Below, piece by piece: positions 10,330 to 19,783 of a DNA stretch of 32,000 bases (positions within the stretch are counted from its first letter, which is position 1; each line of letters begins with the position of its first letter). A program made the translations under genes and the position numbers. The notes under the pieces were generated by a model. The model made no database searches, was not told the DNA's origin, and was given only the letters and a program-made list of their open reading frames with translations. The stretch is taken from positions 143,137-175,136 of the forward strand of contig PBAU01000002.1 of the NCBI GenBank assembly GCA_002716355.1, in the 5' to 3' direction. This stretch comes from a bacterium. Its GTDB lineage: Bacteria; UBP7; UBA6624.

Positions 10330-11552
10330 GTTTTTTTGAAATTAAAAAAAAGAGAATAAGCACAGTTTGTAATGTTGGCGGTGTTTTGATAGGTGGAGGG
10401 AATCCAATTGTTGTTCAGTCAATGACTGATACTGACACTGCAAATATATCAAAAACAGTTGATCAAATAATCTTGCTTGCGAATGCTGGTAGCGAGATTG
10501 TGCGGATTACTGTCAACAATGATGAGTCTGCCAAGGCCGTTCCAGCAATTATTAAAACTATAAAAAATAGTGGTTGCGATGTTCCAATTGTGGGTGATTT
10601 TCACTTCAATGGTCACATACTTTTGAAAAAGTATCCAGAAATGGCTCAATCGCTTTCTAAGTTCCGTATTAATCCAGGCAATGTAGGTCGTGGACCCAGG
10701 CATGATAAAAACTTTGTTACATTTATTGAAATCGCCAAAGAGTTTAACAAGCCTGTTCGTATAGGTGTAAATGCTGGTAGTTTGGATGCTGATCTTTTAG
10801 CAAAGAAAATGGATCAAAATGCTCAAAATAATTTTCCACTTTCTGCCGAAGAAGTTGAAATCGAATCTTTAGTTGAAAGTGCTTTGAGCAGTGCTGAAAC
10901 GGCGATTGATTTAGGTCTTTCTGAAAATATGATTATTATTTCATGCAAGGTTTCTAAAGTTAAAGAAATGGTTGAAGTTTATAGAAAAATTGCCAACCAA
11001 TCAAATTTTCCCTTGCATTTAGGTTTAACTGAGGCGGGAATGGGTCTTAAGGGGGTTGCTGCAACATCTTCAGCACTTTCGATTCTTTTGAATGATGGGA
11101 TTGGTGACACAATCAGGTCAAGTTTGACACCTGAGGTTGGAGGAGACAGGGCCAAGGAGGTGCGTTTGTGCCAGGAGATATTGCAGGCTTTGGATTTAAG
11201 AAGTTTCAGGCCATCAGTAACTAGTTGTCCAGGTTGTGGCAGAACAACCTCAACCTTTTTCAGGGAGTTAGCTGAAACAATTCAAGGAAAAATTGATTCA
11301 AATATGGCTAGCTGGAAAAATGATTTTCCTGGTGTTGAGAGTTTGAAAATAGCAATCATGGGATGCATAGTAAACGGTCCAGGTGAATCTAAATCTGCAG
11401 ATATAGGGATATCCCTCCCTGGAACTGGAGAAAATCCAAAAGCACCTGTTTATGTAGATGGAAAATTAACTCAAACTTTAAGTGGTTCATCTATATCAAA
11501 TCAATTTCTTGATATAGTAGAAGAATATATTAAGCAAAGGTGGTCAAAATGA
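10326..11552 (+). CDS. ispG: 4-hydroxy-3-methylbut-2-en-1-yl diphosphate synthase (MEP pathway)
   Basis: VQSMTDTDT, RITVNN, FRINPGNVG, the [4Fe-4S] ligand motifs SCPGCGRT and GCIVNGPGE, and a length of 408 aa all fit IspG. Confidence 0.93.
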   Translation: MSFFEIKKKRISTVCNVGGVLIGGGNPIVVQSMTDTDTANISKTVDQIILLANAGSEIVRITVNNDESAKAVPAIIKTIKNSGCDVPIVGDFHFNGHILLKKYPEMAQSLSKFRINPGNVGRGPRHDKNFVTFIEIAKEFNKPVRIGVNAGSLDADLLAKKMDQNAQNNFPLSAEEVEIESLVESALSSAETAIDLGLSENMIIISCKVSKVKEMVEVYRKIANQSNFPLHLGLTEAGMGLKGVAATSSALSILLNDGIGDTIRSSLTPEVGGDRAKEVRLCQEILQALDLRSFRPSVTSCPGCGRTTSTFFRELAETIQGKIDSNMASWKNDFPGVESLKIAIMGCIVNGPGESKSADIGISLPGTGENPKAPVYVDGKLTQTLSGSSISNQFLDIVEEYIKQRWSK

Positions 11553-11959
11553 CAAAGATACAAGCTATTTACGAAGGGGATCTTAGATGCAAGGCAGTTC
11601 ATGATCTTTCCAATTCTGAAATTTTTACAGATGCGCCATTGGATAATTATGGTAAAGGGGAATCCTTTTCACCAACTGATCTTGTTGCAGCTGCTCTTTT
11701 GACATGCATGGCGACCATTATGGGCATTGCAGCTAAAAATTCAAAAATTGATATTTGTAAATTCAACATGAGTGTTGAAAAAAAAATGTCTAAAAATTTA
11801 CCTAGAAAAATATCAGAATTACTTGTAGTTTTCAAAATGAAAAATAAATATTCGAAGAAAGAAAAAGAAATATTGAATAATGCTGCTCTTACATGCCCAG
11901 TTCATCGCAGCTTAAATGAAAGTATCGATATTCAGGTCGATTTTGAATGGGTAAATTGA
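11549..11959 (+). CDS. OsmC/Ohr family peroxiredoxin-like protein
   Basis: SPTDLVAAALLTCMAT and LTCPVHRSL are the two conserved-Cys blocks of the OsmC family. I chose the ATG at 11549 because it forms an ATGA overlap with the ispG stop and has AAGGTGG upstream. The ORF-track start at 11540 is GTG. Confidence 0.8.
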   Translation: MTKIQAIYEGDLRCKAVHDLSNSEIFTDAPLDNYGKGESFSPTDLVAAALLTCMATIMGIAAKNSKIDICKFNMSVEKKMSKNLPRKISELLVVFKMKNKYSKKEKEILNNAALTCPVHRSLNESIDIQVDFEWVN

Positions 11960-11973
11960 AAGGGGGTTTTTTT

Positions 11974-13179
11974 ATGAAAAAAGTATTATTTTTAATTTGT
12001 TTTTTGTTAGGCGCAGGAAGCTTAACGGCATCAGATTTTGATCCCGCTGAAAGGCATAAGGTCCCACTGCAGGAATCCTTTTCCAAAGGCTCAGAGGATC
12101 CCTCTGTAACAATAGTGGAATTTAGTGCCTTTAACTGTCCGCCATGCAAAAGGTTAGCTGGTATCTTTGATGATGTTTTGAAAGATTATTCAAAAGATGT
12201 TAGATTGGTTTTCAAACATGGTGTTCCAAGAGCTTTAGAGTTAGAAAAAGAAGCTGTTTTGGCAACATGGGCATCAGGCCAGCAAGGTTATTTTTGGGAA
12301 ATGCATGACCTTTTATTCGAGTTTAAAGATAGAGGTTTTGAAGCCTATCTTCAACATGCAGAAAGATTAAACCTTGATAAAGACAGGTTTGTTGCTGATT
12401 TTCAAAGTGATGCTGCACTTTCATCTATAGAAAATGAATGGAGGGTTAGTAGTTGCCTTGGTAATTATGGAACACCTAATTTTTTTGTTAATGGAAAAAA
12501 ATACTCTGGAGAACTTTGGACACATGAAAGGATCCGAGAAATTATTGAAAAAGAACTTGTTTTGATGGAAAGCATGGGTAATCCAAAATATACGGAAATT
12601 ATGGAAATGTCAGAAGGTGAAGAGTTCTTGTGCGGAAAAAAGGTTTTTAAGATTATTCCAAGCCTTTCAAAAGCCAGATTTTTTGTTGATGAAATTTTGA
12701 GAGAAGAGCCTTTTACAGTCATAGGTGAAACTAATAGCATGTCTGGAACCATAGATGTTGATTTTGACTTTCCAAAAAGGAGTTCTGTAGGTCAGATAGA
12801 TATTGATAGTGATAGCTTCATTACTGATTCAAATAGCAGGAATAGAGCGATTAGAAATAGGATTTTGGACTCAGGCACATATCCTTTAGTGTCTTTTAAA
12901 GCTACACGCATAGATGGCCTTCCCGAAAAGGCAACTTTTTATCCTGGACAGAAATACGAGCTTGAAATCAGTGGAGAATTAACTATAAAAAACAAAACTT
13001 TATTTGAAACCTTTGACACCGTATTGGAAATTGTAGATTTTTCAACCATTAAGGGTTTTGCAGCAGTAGAAGCTTTGTGGGCTGATTATGGTGTAAGTGT
13101 TCCACAGCCACCTTTTGTTCAATTGATTGAAGATAGCATCAGATTAGAATTTGAATTTGTTGGAGTGTTAGAAGATTAG
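11974..13179 (+). CDS. Secreted DsbA-like thiol:disulfide oxidoreductase fused to a YceI-like (polyisoprenoid-binding) domain
   Basis: A signal peptide (MKKVLFLICFLLGAGSLTA) leads into a thioredoxin fold with a CPPC active site (FSAFNCPPCKRL...GTPNFFVNG). The C-terminal half has YceI blocks (SMSGTIDVDFD, FITDSNSRNRAIRNRILDSGTYPLVSFKATRI, ISGELTIKNKT). AGGGGG lies 6 nt upstream of the ATG at 11974. Confidence 0.75.
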   Translation: MKKVLFLICFLLGAGSLTASDFDPAERHKVPLQESFSKGSEDPSVTIVEFSAFNCPPCKRLAGIFDDVLKDYSKDVRLVFKHGVPRALELEKEAVLATWASGQQGYFWEMHDLLFEFKDRGFEAYLQHAERLNLDKDRFVADFQSDAALSSIENEWRVSSCLGNYGTPNFFVNGKKYSGELWTHERIREIIEKELVLMESMGNPKYTEIMEMSEGEEFLCGKKVFKIIPSLSKARFFVDEILREEPFTVIGETNSMSGTIDVDFDFPKRSSVGQIDIDSDSFITDSNSRNRAIRNRILDSGTYPLVSFKATRIDGLPEKATFYPGQKYELEISGELTIKNKTLFETFDTVLEIVDFSTIKGFAAVEALWADYGVSVPQPPFVQLIEDSIRLEFEFVGVLED

Positions 13180-13222
13180 ACCAGAATTAGAAATACTTTT
13201 AACCTCGGCAAGAGATGCATTC

Positions 13223-14338
13223 TTGCAGGTTTCTGTTTTTGTAGCAGTAATGGTTCTTCTTTTTTCATGGTTGCAGTATAAGACATCAGGAAAATTCGTT
13301 TCCATCTTGCAGAAAAACACTAAAACACAACCTTTTTTTGGTGCCCTTCTTGGCTTGACACCGGGATGCGGTGGTGCAATTATTGTCATGCCGTTATATG
13401 TAAAGAAAGTTGTTACTTTTGGTACCGTTATCGCAACACTCGCTGCAACATTAGGCGATGCTGCTTTTATATTGATAGCAAAAGCACCAAAAGATGCTGC
13501 TATTGTTCATATAGTTGCTTTTTTTACTGCTGTTTTTTGGGGTATGTTAATTGACAAATGGCAAATAACACATAATCAGCCCTTAGGCAAATTTTCCAAA
13601 AAATTTCAGGGTTTCAAGAGTGATATCAAAAAAGAAATTGATCCCGTTTCTTTTATAGACTCAATTGAAGGGGAGGAGAAAGATGAATCTTTAGGTTACA
13701 AGATAACCCATCAAGGTTATGTTTTATGGTGGTGGGTGTGTCTTTTGGGTCTTATTTTGGGAGTAACTCTATTAGTGAAAGCTAATGATCCCAATTACGC
13801 TCTTGAGTTAACTTTTGACCCCAGCCATAAAGACGCTATTTTTAATTATGTGGGATTGTTTGGAACCTTTTTGTCTGTGATTTTATTTGTTGCCGGAAAG
13901 CATTTCATAGGGGATGACACCCTCGAGGCTTTAAGGGATAAATTGACATCCTCAAAAGAAACTTTGATACATGCTGCTTCTGAAACTGCATTTGTAACTT
14001 TTTGGGTCTTGTTTGCATATTTGATTTATGAGTATGGTATGTATTTTTCAAATTTGGATTTTGCACAAATGATTGTCAATTCTGGCCCATTAAGTATTTT
14101 ATTTGGCGCTGGGATTGGCTTGATACCCGGCTGCGGTCCACAAATTTTATTTGTAACTGCTTATACCGAAGGTTTATTGCCCATGTCAGTATTGATTGCA
14201 CACGCTATTTCACAAGATGGTGATGCTTTATTCCCGTTGATTGCAAGAAATAGAAAGGCAGCTTTATGGTCAACTGTGATTACAACCATTCCTGCAATAG
14301 CGATAGGTCTGTTGTGGTTTTACCTTATAGGCAATTAG
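13223..14338 (+). CDS. Polytopic inner-membrane protein with duplicated PGCG motif (putative metal-ion permease)
   Basis: About 10 hydrophobic segments are visible, with two related halves carrying GLTPGCGGAIIV and GLIPGCGPQILFV. The family name was not recognised with certainty. The start is uncertain: TTG at 13223, or ATG at 13250 downstream of the hairpin at 13208-13226. Confidence 0.6.
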   Translation: MQVSVFVAVMVLLFSWLQYKTSGKFVSILQKNTKTQPFFGALLGLTPGCGGAIIVMPLYVKKVVTFGTVIATLAATLGDAAFILIAKAPKDAAIVHIVAFFTAVFWGMLIDKWQITHNQPLGKFSKKFQGFKSDIKKEIDPVSFIDSIEGEEKDESLGYKITHQGYVLWWWVCLLGLILGVTLLVKANDPNYALELTFDPSHKDAIFNYVGLFGTFLSVILFVAGKHFIGDDTLEALRDKLTSSKETLIHAASETAFVTFWVLFAYLIYEYGMYFSNLDFAQMIVNSGPLSILFGAGIGLIPGCGPQILFVTAYTEGLLPMSVLIAHAISQDGDALFPLIARNRKAALWSTVITTIPAIAIGLLWFYLIGN

Positions 14339-14347
14339 GATACATTT

Positions 14348-15559
14348 ATGTTCTCAAATTTAACTCCAGAATCGAACCAAAGACCAGGAAATGACCCCAT
14401 TTTTGCGCTTAGTGAAGAAGCTAGATCAAAAATTGCTAATGGTGAAAGGGTAATTGATGCCACTTTAGGTTGTTTATTTGATGATCGCGGACAGCTTTTA
14501 GTTGTTAATGCATGGGATCAGGTTGCTGCTGAAATTCATCCAAGCATGGTTGCTGGTTATGCTCCTATTTCAGGAGTTCAAAAATTTAATCATGCAATCA
14601 TAGAAGATACATTTTCTGATTTTCAACACCTCAAACAGATAAGCGTATCCTCAGCAACACCTGGGGGAACAGGTGCTGTCACATCTTCAATTGTTAATTT
14701 TTTAGAACCGGGAGAGACGCTTGTCTCCCCACATCTTTACTGGGGGCCATACAGCACAATTTCTAGCTTAAATGGCAGGAGATTATTAACTTATCAGACC
14801 TTCACCCCAGATTTGAATTTCAATTTAGAAGGCCTTGAGCAAGCGGTGCATAAAACATCAAAAGAAAATAAAAGAGTGTTAACTGTGATTAATTCTCCAT
14901 GCAACAATCCAACAGGTTATTCTTTGAGCCCAAGTGAGTGGGATGGAGTTGGTGACATATTGTCCAACGCTTCAAATACTGCTAGAAATTCGTTGATTAT
15001 AGATTTGGCTTATTTTAAATTTGGCCCCAAAAACAATCACTGGTTAAGTGTTGTAGAGAAAATATGTGATGATGTGCAGGTTCTTATTGCTTGGAGTGGA
15101 AGTAAATCCTTTACAAGATACGGTGCTAGAGTTGGTGGAATCATTGCCTTGAACAGAGATGCAGGCTCAAGAGAAAAGCTCAAAAGAGCATTTTCTTATT
15201 CCTCTAGAGGGACATGGAGTAATTGCAATCATATGGGTCAATTCATTGCAACAAAATTAATTACTGATGACCGTTATAAAAAACAGGTTAATATTGAAAG
15301 AAATGCCATTATCGATTTGCTTCAGGATAGGGTTGATGTATTTAATGTTCAGGCACAAAAATATAATTTGGTTTACCCTCGTTATGAAGGTGGGTTTTTC
15401 GTAACTGTATTCTGTAAAGATCCACAAGATGTTGCTAAAAGAATGAGAGATAAAAACGTGTATTTGATACCTGTAAAAGATGGAGTTAGAGTTGGCCTTT
15501 GCAGTGTTGCATCAAAAGACATTCCAGAACTTGTAGAAGTATTGAATAATTCTTTGTAA
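14348..15559 (+). CDS. Class I PLP-dependent aminotransferase (aspartate/aromatic type)
   Basis: YAPISG, NSPCNNPTGYSL and the PLP-lysine block SGSKSFTRYGARVGG (compare AspC SFSKNFGLYNERVG) support the call in a 403 aa product. Confidence 0.85.
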   Translation: MFSNLTPESNQRPGNDPIFALSEEARSKIANGERVIDATLGCLFDDRGQLLVVNAWDQVAAEIHPSMVAGYAPISGVQKFNHAIIEDTFSDFQHLKQISVSSATPGGTGAVTSSIVNFLEPGETLVSPHLYWGPYSTISSLNGRRLLTYQTFTPDLNFNLEGLEQAVHKTSKENKRVLTVINSPCNNPTGYSLSPSEWDGVGDILSNASNTARNSLIIDLAYFKFGPKNNHWLSVVEKICDDVQVLIAWSGSKSFTRYGARVGGIIALNRDAGSREKLKRAFSYSSRGTWSNCNHMGQFIATKLITDDRYKKQVNIERNAIIDLLQDRVDVFNVQAQKYNLVYPRYEGGFFVTVFCKDPQDVAKRMRDKNVYLIPVKDGVRVGLCSVASKDIPELVEVLNNSL

Positions 15560-16305
15560 TGAATCTTAAAATCCAAGGAAAAGGGCAACCTTTATTATTA
15601 ATACCAGGCCTTGGAGGGTGTTCAAAAAGTTTTGATTATTTAATTCCCCATTTGGATAAGTTACAAGTCATAACATTTGATCCATTGGGTTGTGGTTCCA
15701 GCATGCCAATAGACAAAGCTAGTCCAAATGTTATTTTTTCATCTATTGTTTCCATGATTAAGGATTTGAAATTTGAAAAAATAAATGTTTTAGGGACTTC
15801 TTTTGGTGGTGTTATTGCCAGGATGCTTGCGGTTGAAAATAATGATTTAATAGATGGGCTTATTCTTGTTGCAACTGAACCTAATCCAGATAGGTCAGTT
15901 CGACCTAAAAATCAAAAACCAAGAGTCGGAAAGGGTGCTACCGCTATAGAAAGAACAAAAGCTTGGCTTAAAAGCTTTTCGTTCAAAGATTGGGAGAGTG
16001 AAGATAATTTTAGCTTTACAACTGCAGTTAGATATTATTCCAACAATGAACCTCTTCCAGAAACACAAAGGCTGCAAAGGGATTTTGTTTTGAGGAATAA
16101 AAATTTTGGCATGCCTGAAAAAATCAAGCAGAAAACCTTAATAGTACATGGTGATTGTGATTCCTTGGTGCCTTTTAAGAATGCGGAAATTTTACATAAT
16201 TTAATTGTGAGATCTGAATTAAAAAAAATTGAATCTTGCGGGCATATGATTGCTTGGGAAAAATCCAGAGAATTATCAATTTTAATTAAGGAGTTTTGTA
16301 AATGA
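15559..16305 (+). CDS. Alpha/beta-fold hydrolase
   Basis: LLLIPGLGG, the nucleophile elbow GTSFGG and a C-terminal CGHM block containing the His are present. A TAATG overlap links it to the aminotransferase gene. Confidence 0.75.
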   Translation: MNLKIQGKGQPLLLIPGLGGCSKSFDYLIPHLDKLQVITFDPLGCGSSMPIDKASPNVIFSSIVSMIKDLKFEKINVLGTSFGGVIARMLAVENNDLIDGLILVATEPNPDRSVRPKNQKPRVGKGATAIERTKAWLKSFSFKDWESEDNFSFTTAVRYYSNNEPLPETQRLQRDFVLRNKNFGMPEKIKQKTLIVHGDCDSLVPFKNAEILHNLIVRSELKKIESCGHMIAWEKSRELSILIKEFCK

Positions 16306-17333
16306 GGGTATTGGTTATTGGCGGAACTAGGTTTATGGGAATGGGCTTAGTGGATAGATTATTGAAAGATGGCCATGAGCTTTTCATTATGACAAGAGGC
16401 ATTTCAAGCAACCCTTTTGAGAATAATGTTCGACATGTTTTTTGTGACAGGTTTGATAGCGAGGCTTTCAAGCATGAATTAACCAAACTAAAAAATGAAT
16501 TCAAGGGAGAGCCGGTGTTTGATGCAGTTGTTGACTTTCTCTCATTTAACAAACAACATTCACAGGATTTTATTGATGTTTTTTCAAGACCTGGTTTAAT
16601 AGGTCATTTCATACATATATCAACAGGTTCTGTGTATGCGGTCGGAGAAAGGTATCATGATGGGCTGATATCCGAAAAAGATTTTTATAACCCACTAGCA
16701 AAGCCTTGGCAAAATAATATTGAAAGTTGGAATTATGGGACCGGAAAAAGGGAAGCTGAAAATGTTTTGGAAAAAGCATGGAAGGATTTTTCGTTTCCTG
16801 AAACCAGAATCAGGATCCCGATAGTCGAGGGACCTTACGATTACACATTGAGAAGCTGGAAATACCAACTTTGGCTTCAAAGTGGAAAGCCTATTGACCT
16901 GCCCGACGGAGGGAGATTTAAATTCACGCATGTTTTTTCTGAAGATGTTGTTGATGCTATTTTGTCAATAATTAAAATTGGATCATCTACATATGGAAAT
17001 GCTTTCAACCTTGCACAAGAAGAACAACCATCATTGAAGGTTTACCTTACTGAAATGGCAAGGGTGATTGGTATTGAACCAACATTCAAAGACGTTTCTT
17101 TGGATAAGTATTGGAGCCCCTTGAAGGAAAATAAAGTTTTCTCTAAATCAAAAGCATGGCAGCCATATGCGTCTTGGCTTAAGAGGGATTCGTGTTTGAG
17201 CATTGAAAAAGCAAAAAAATATTTATCATGGACGCCAACACCAATGAGCGATGCACTTAAAAAAACTTGCTTATGGTTTGATAGTCAAGAAAACCCATTT
17301 GCAAAACCATCAGATCAACCTTGGTTGAGTTGA
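16302..17333 (+). CDS. NAD-dependent epimerase/dehydratase family (extended SDR) protein
   Basis: The N-terminal Rossmann motif VLVIGGTRFMGMGLV and a YGTGK catalytic YxxxK-like block support the family. An ATGA overlap links it to the preceding gene. Confidence 0.75.
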   Translation: MRVLVIGGTRFMGMGLVDRLLKDGHELFIMTRGISSNPFENNVRHVFCDRFDSEAFKHELTKLKNEFKGEPVFDAVVDFLSFNKQHSQDFIDVFSRPGLIGHFIHISTGSVYAVGERYHDGLISEKDFYNPLAKPWQNNIESWNYGTGKREAENVLEKAWKDFSFPETRIRIPIVEGPYDYTLRSWKYQLWLQSGKPIDLPDGGRFKFTHVFSEDVVDAILSIIKIGSSTYGNAFNLAQEEQPSLKVYLTEMARVIGIEPTFKDVSLDKYWSPLKENKVFSKSKAWQPYASWLKRDSCLSIEKAKKYLSWTPTPMSDALKKTCLWFDSQENPFAKPSDQPWLS

Positions 17334-17342
17334 TATAGTACA

Positions 17343-17363
17343 ATATACCCATTGGGGGTATAT
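17343..17363. promoter_or_regulatory. CsoR-type operator (ATATACCC-N4-GGGGTATAT inverted repeat) abutting the csoR start codon
   Basis: The near-perfect palindrome atatacccattgggggtatat lies directly 5' of the ATG at 17364. The TACCC...GGGGTA core matches the known form of CsoR operators such as Bacillus copZA. Its right arm overlaps the GGGGG Shine-Dalgarno-like run. Confidence 0.7.
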
Positions 17364-17666
17364 ATGAAGAATGATAATTATTGCGATTCCTTGCCAGAAT
17401 CTCATGGCCAAGCTTTAAGGAATCTAGCTCGTATAAAAGGCCAAATTGGTGGTGTTCAAAAAATGATTAGGGAAGGCAGTTATTGTTTGGATGTTTTGAC
17501 TCAAATTCATGCCGCAAGGTCAGCGCTTGACAGCGTTTCTGCGTCATTAATGGAAAATCATCTTGAAAGTTGTTGTGTCGAAGCGATCATATCTGATGAT
17601 AAAGATTTAGCCTTAAAAAGAGTTACTGAGTTTTCTCAGTGCTGCAAAAAATTCATTAAAGGTTAA
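17364..17666 (+). CDS. csoR: Copper-sensing transcriptional repressor, CsoR/RcnR (DUF156) family
   Basis: RIKGQIGGVQKMI is present, together with the Cu(I) ligand fingerprint Cys (YCLDV) and His-x3-Cys (ENHLESC). The gene sits immediately upstream of a Cu-type P1B ATPase. Confidence 0.85.
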   Translation: MKNDNYCDSLPESHGQALRNLARIKGQIGGVQKMIREGSYCLDVLTQIHAARSALDSVSASLMENHLESCCVEAIISDDKDLALKRVTEFSQCCKKFIKG

Positions 17667-17668
17667 AG

Positions 17669-19783
17669 ATGCCTGAATTCAATTTTTCTTCTAGCGTTTT
17701 TGGGATGCATTGTGCCAATTGTGTAGTGTCTCTAGAGAAGGCTATTTCACAAGTTCCAGGTGTTCAAAAGGCGTCTGTGAATCTACATGCTAAAAAAGTT
17801 GTTGTTTCCGGAAGTTTCTCTATAGCTTCTGTCAAACAGGTTATTTTAGACAAGGGTTACTCTTTTGAACCACCTAAAGAAGACCAAGCAAAAGAGCTTT
17901 GGATAGTTTGGTTTTTGGCTATATTGGTATTTTTCGTTAAGGATCAGGCAGGCATATTTGTTTTACTTGTGTGTGCATTAGCAGGCGATCTCGCTAAAAA
18001 GTTAACACATGAAGGGTTGCTGTCTCTTAGAAAAAAAGATTACAAAATGGAAACATTGATTTTTATTGGTGTTTGGGGGGCTGCTTTACATCATATTGTT
18101 TCCTTGTTGTATGGAAATCATGGAATGGGGAAAGAGGGTGTTATTCTTTTGGCAATATACCTTACTGGTCAAAACCTTGAATCAAGACTTAAGGACAAAG
18201 CGGATATTGCCATAAAAGATCTTTTAAATTTGCTTCCCGATGAGGTTGCTTTAATCAAGAATGGCAAAAATATTAAAACAAAACTAAAAGACGTCAAGAT
18301 AGGCGATTCCATTTTAGTTTTGCCAGGTCAATCTATACCGTTGGATGGAATTGTTACCGAGGGTAAAAGTGAGATTAACGAAAGTTTAATAACTGGTGAA
18401 TCTGAACCAGTTTTAAAAGTTGTTGATGATGGTGTTATAGGTGGGACTTTGAATATTTCAGGAAGGATATTGGTTAAGGTAAATGCTTCTGGTGATAAGG
18501 GTTATCTTTCAAAACTTGTTGAGATGGTTGAGAATGCAAGCGCTGCTAATATTCCAGTTCAGGGTCTTGTAGATAGGATTGTCGCTATTTTTGTCCCTAT
18601 TGTTTTATGGGCAGCTGGCTTAGCTGGTGTTTTTTGGTTAACTGTTCCAGAAAGGATGATCAAGATAAATCAGTTTTTAATTTCTAAGTTAGCGATAGAC
18701 ATGGAGCCTTTAAGTTGGTTTATGGTCGTTCTTGCTGTTCTAGTCGTTTCTTGTCCTTGCCCATTGGGGATAGCTACCCCTTTAGCGTTGTTTATCGGAG
18801 CTGGAAGGGGTGCCAAAATCGGTTTGATCATTCGTGACGGAAAGGGTTTAGAGGATTTAAAGAGCTGCAAGGTGTTGATTTTAGATAAAACAGGCACCTT
18901 AACAACTGGAAACCCAACAGTTCAAGCAATCTTTCCATCTGAAGGGTTTACTGAAGAGGATGTTTTGCAGCATGCTGCTTCAGCAGAGGAGGGCAGTGAA
19001 CATCCGATAGCAAAGGCCATATTAAAGAATTCCAAATCAAGAAAAATAAAATGGAAAAAGTTGGAAAACTATAAATATCAATTTGGTTCTGGAGTCGAAG
19101 GTTTAGATGAAAATGGCAATAAGGTTATGGCCGGCAGTATTGCCTGGGCATTATCTGAAACAATAAATATTCCTAATGAAGTTTCATCAGACTCGACAAT
19201 TGTTGCTGTGAGTGTTGGCGGTAAGCCAATAGGCTTAATAGCATTGAATGACGAAATTAGAAACAATGCATTTCAAACAATTAGCAAGATTGAAAAAATG
19301 AAGATAAAAATTATTATTGCTAGTGGAGATAGAGAAGAGTCAGTTAAAGCGGTAGCTAATAAACTTTCAATAAAAAAGTATTTTTATGCACAAAAGCCTG
19401 AAGACAAGCTTGCCTTGGTTGGTAAATATCAAAAAGAAAATAACCATGTTGTTTTTGCCGGAGATGGTGTTAATGATGCTCCAGCTTTAGCTGCAGCTAC
19501 TGTGGGGATTGCAATGGGAGACGGTTCAGATCTTGCGAAACAGAATGGTGAGCTGGTTTTGCCTAAAGGTAATCTGCTCAATATTTATAAAGCAATAGTT
19601 CTTAGTCAAAAAACATTCTCGATTGTTGGTCAAAATTTATTTTGGGCAGCTATCTACAATGTTGTTGCAATACCTTTAGCATTTTTCGGTGTCTTGCACC
19701 CGATAGTTGCACAAAGCGCTATGGTTATCTCAGATTTGATTGTTATTTTGAATAGTTTGCGTTTACAAAAAATTAAAATATGA
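17669..19783 (+). CDS. copA: Copper-translocating P1B-type ATPase
   Basis: An N-terminal HMA domain with CxxC (GMHCANCVVSLEKA) and the TM6 motif SCPCPLG are present. DKTGTLT, SEHPIAKAI, GDGVNDAPALA and the TM7 motif YN(x4)P complete the signature. Confidence 0.92.
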   Translation: MPEFNFSSSVFGMHCANCVVSLEKAISQVPGVQKASVNLHAKKVVVSGSFSIASVKQVILDKGYSFEPPKEDQAKELWIVWFLAILVFFVKDQAGIFVLLVCALAGDLAKKLTHEGLLSLRKKDYKMETLIFIGVWGAALHHIVSLLYGNHGMGKEGVILLAIYLTGQNLESRLKDKADIAIKDLLNLLPDEVALIKNGKNIKTKLKDVKIGDSILVLPGQSIPLDGIVTEGKSEINESLITGESEPVLKVVDDGVIGGTLNISGRILVKVNASGDKGYLSKLVEMVENASAANIPVQGLVDRIVAIFVPIVLWAAGLAGVFWLTVPERMIKINQFLISKLAIDMEPLSWFMVVLAVLVVSCPCPLGIATPLALFIGAGRGAKIGLIIRDGKGLEDLKSCKVLILDKTGTLTTGNPTVQAIFPSEGFTEEDVLQHAASAEEGSEHPIAKAILKNSKSRKIKWKKLENYKYQFGSGVEGLDENGNKVMAGSIAWALSETINIPNEVSSDSTIVAVSVGGKPIGLIALNDEIRNNAFQTISKIEKMKIKIIIASGDREESVKAVANKLSIKKYFYAQKPEDKLALVGKYQKENNHVVFAGDGVNDAPALAAATVGIAMGDGSDLAKQNGELVLPKGNLLNIYKAIVLSQKTFSIVGQNLFWAAIYNVVAIPLAFFGVLHPIVAQSAMVISDLIVILNSLRLQKIKI

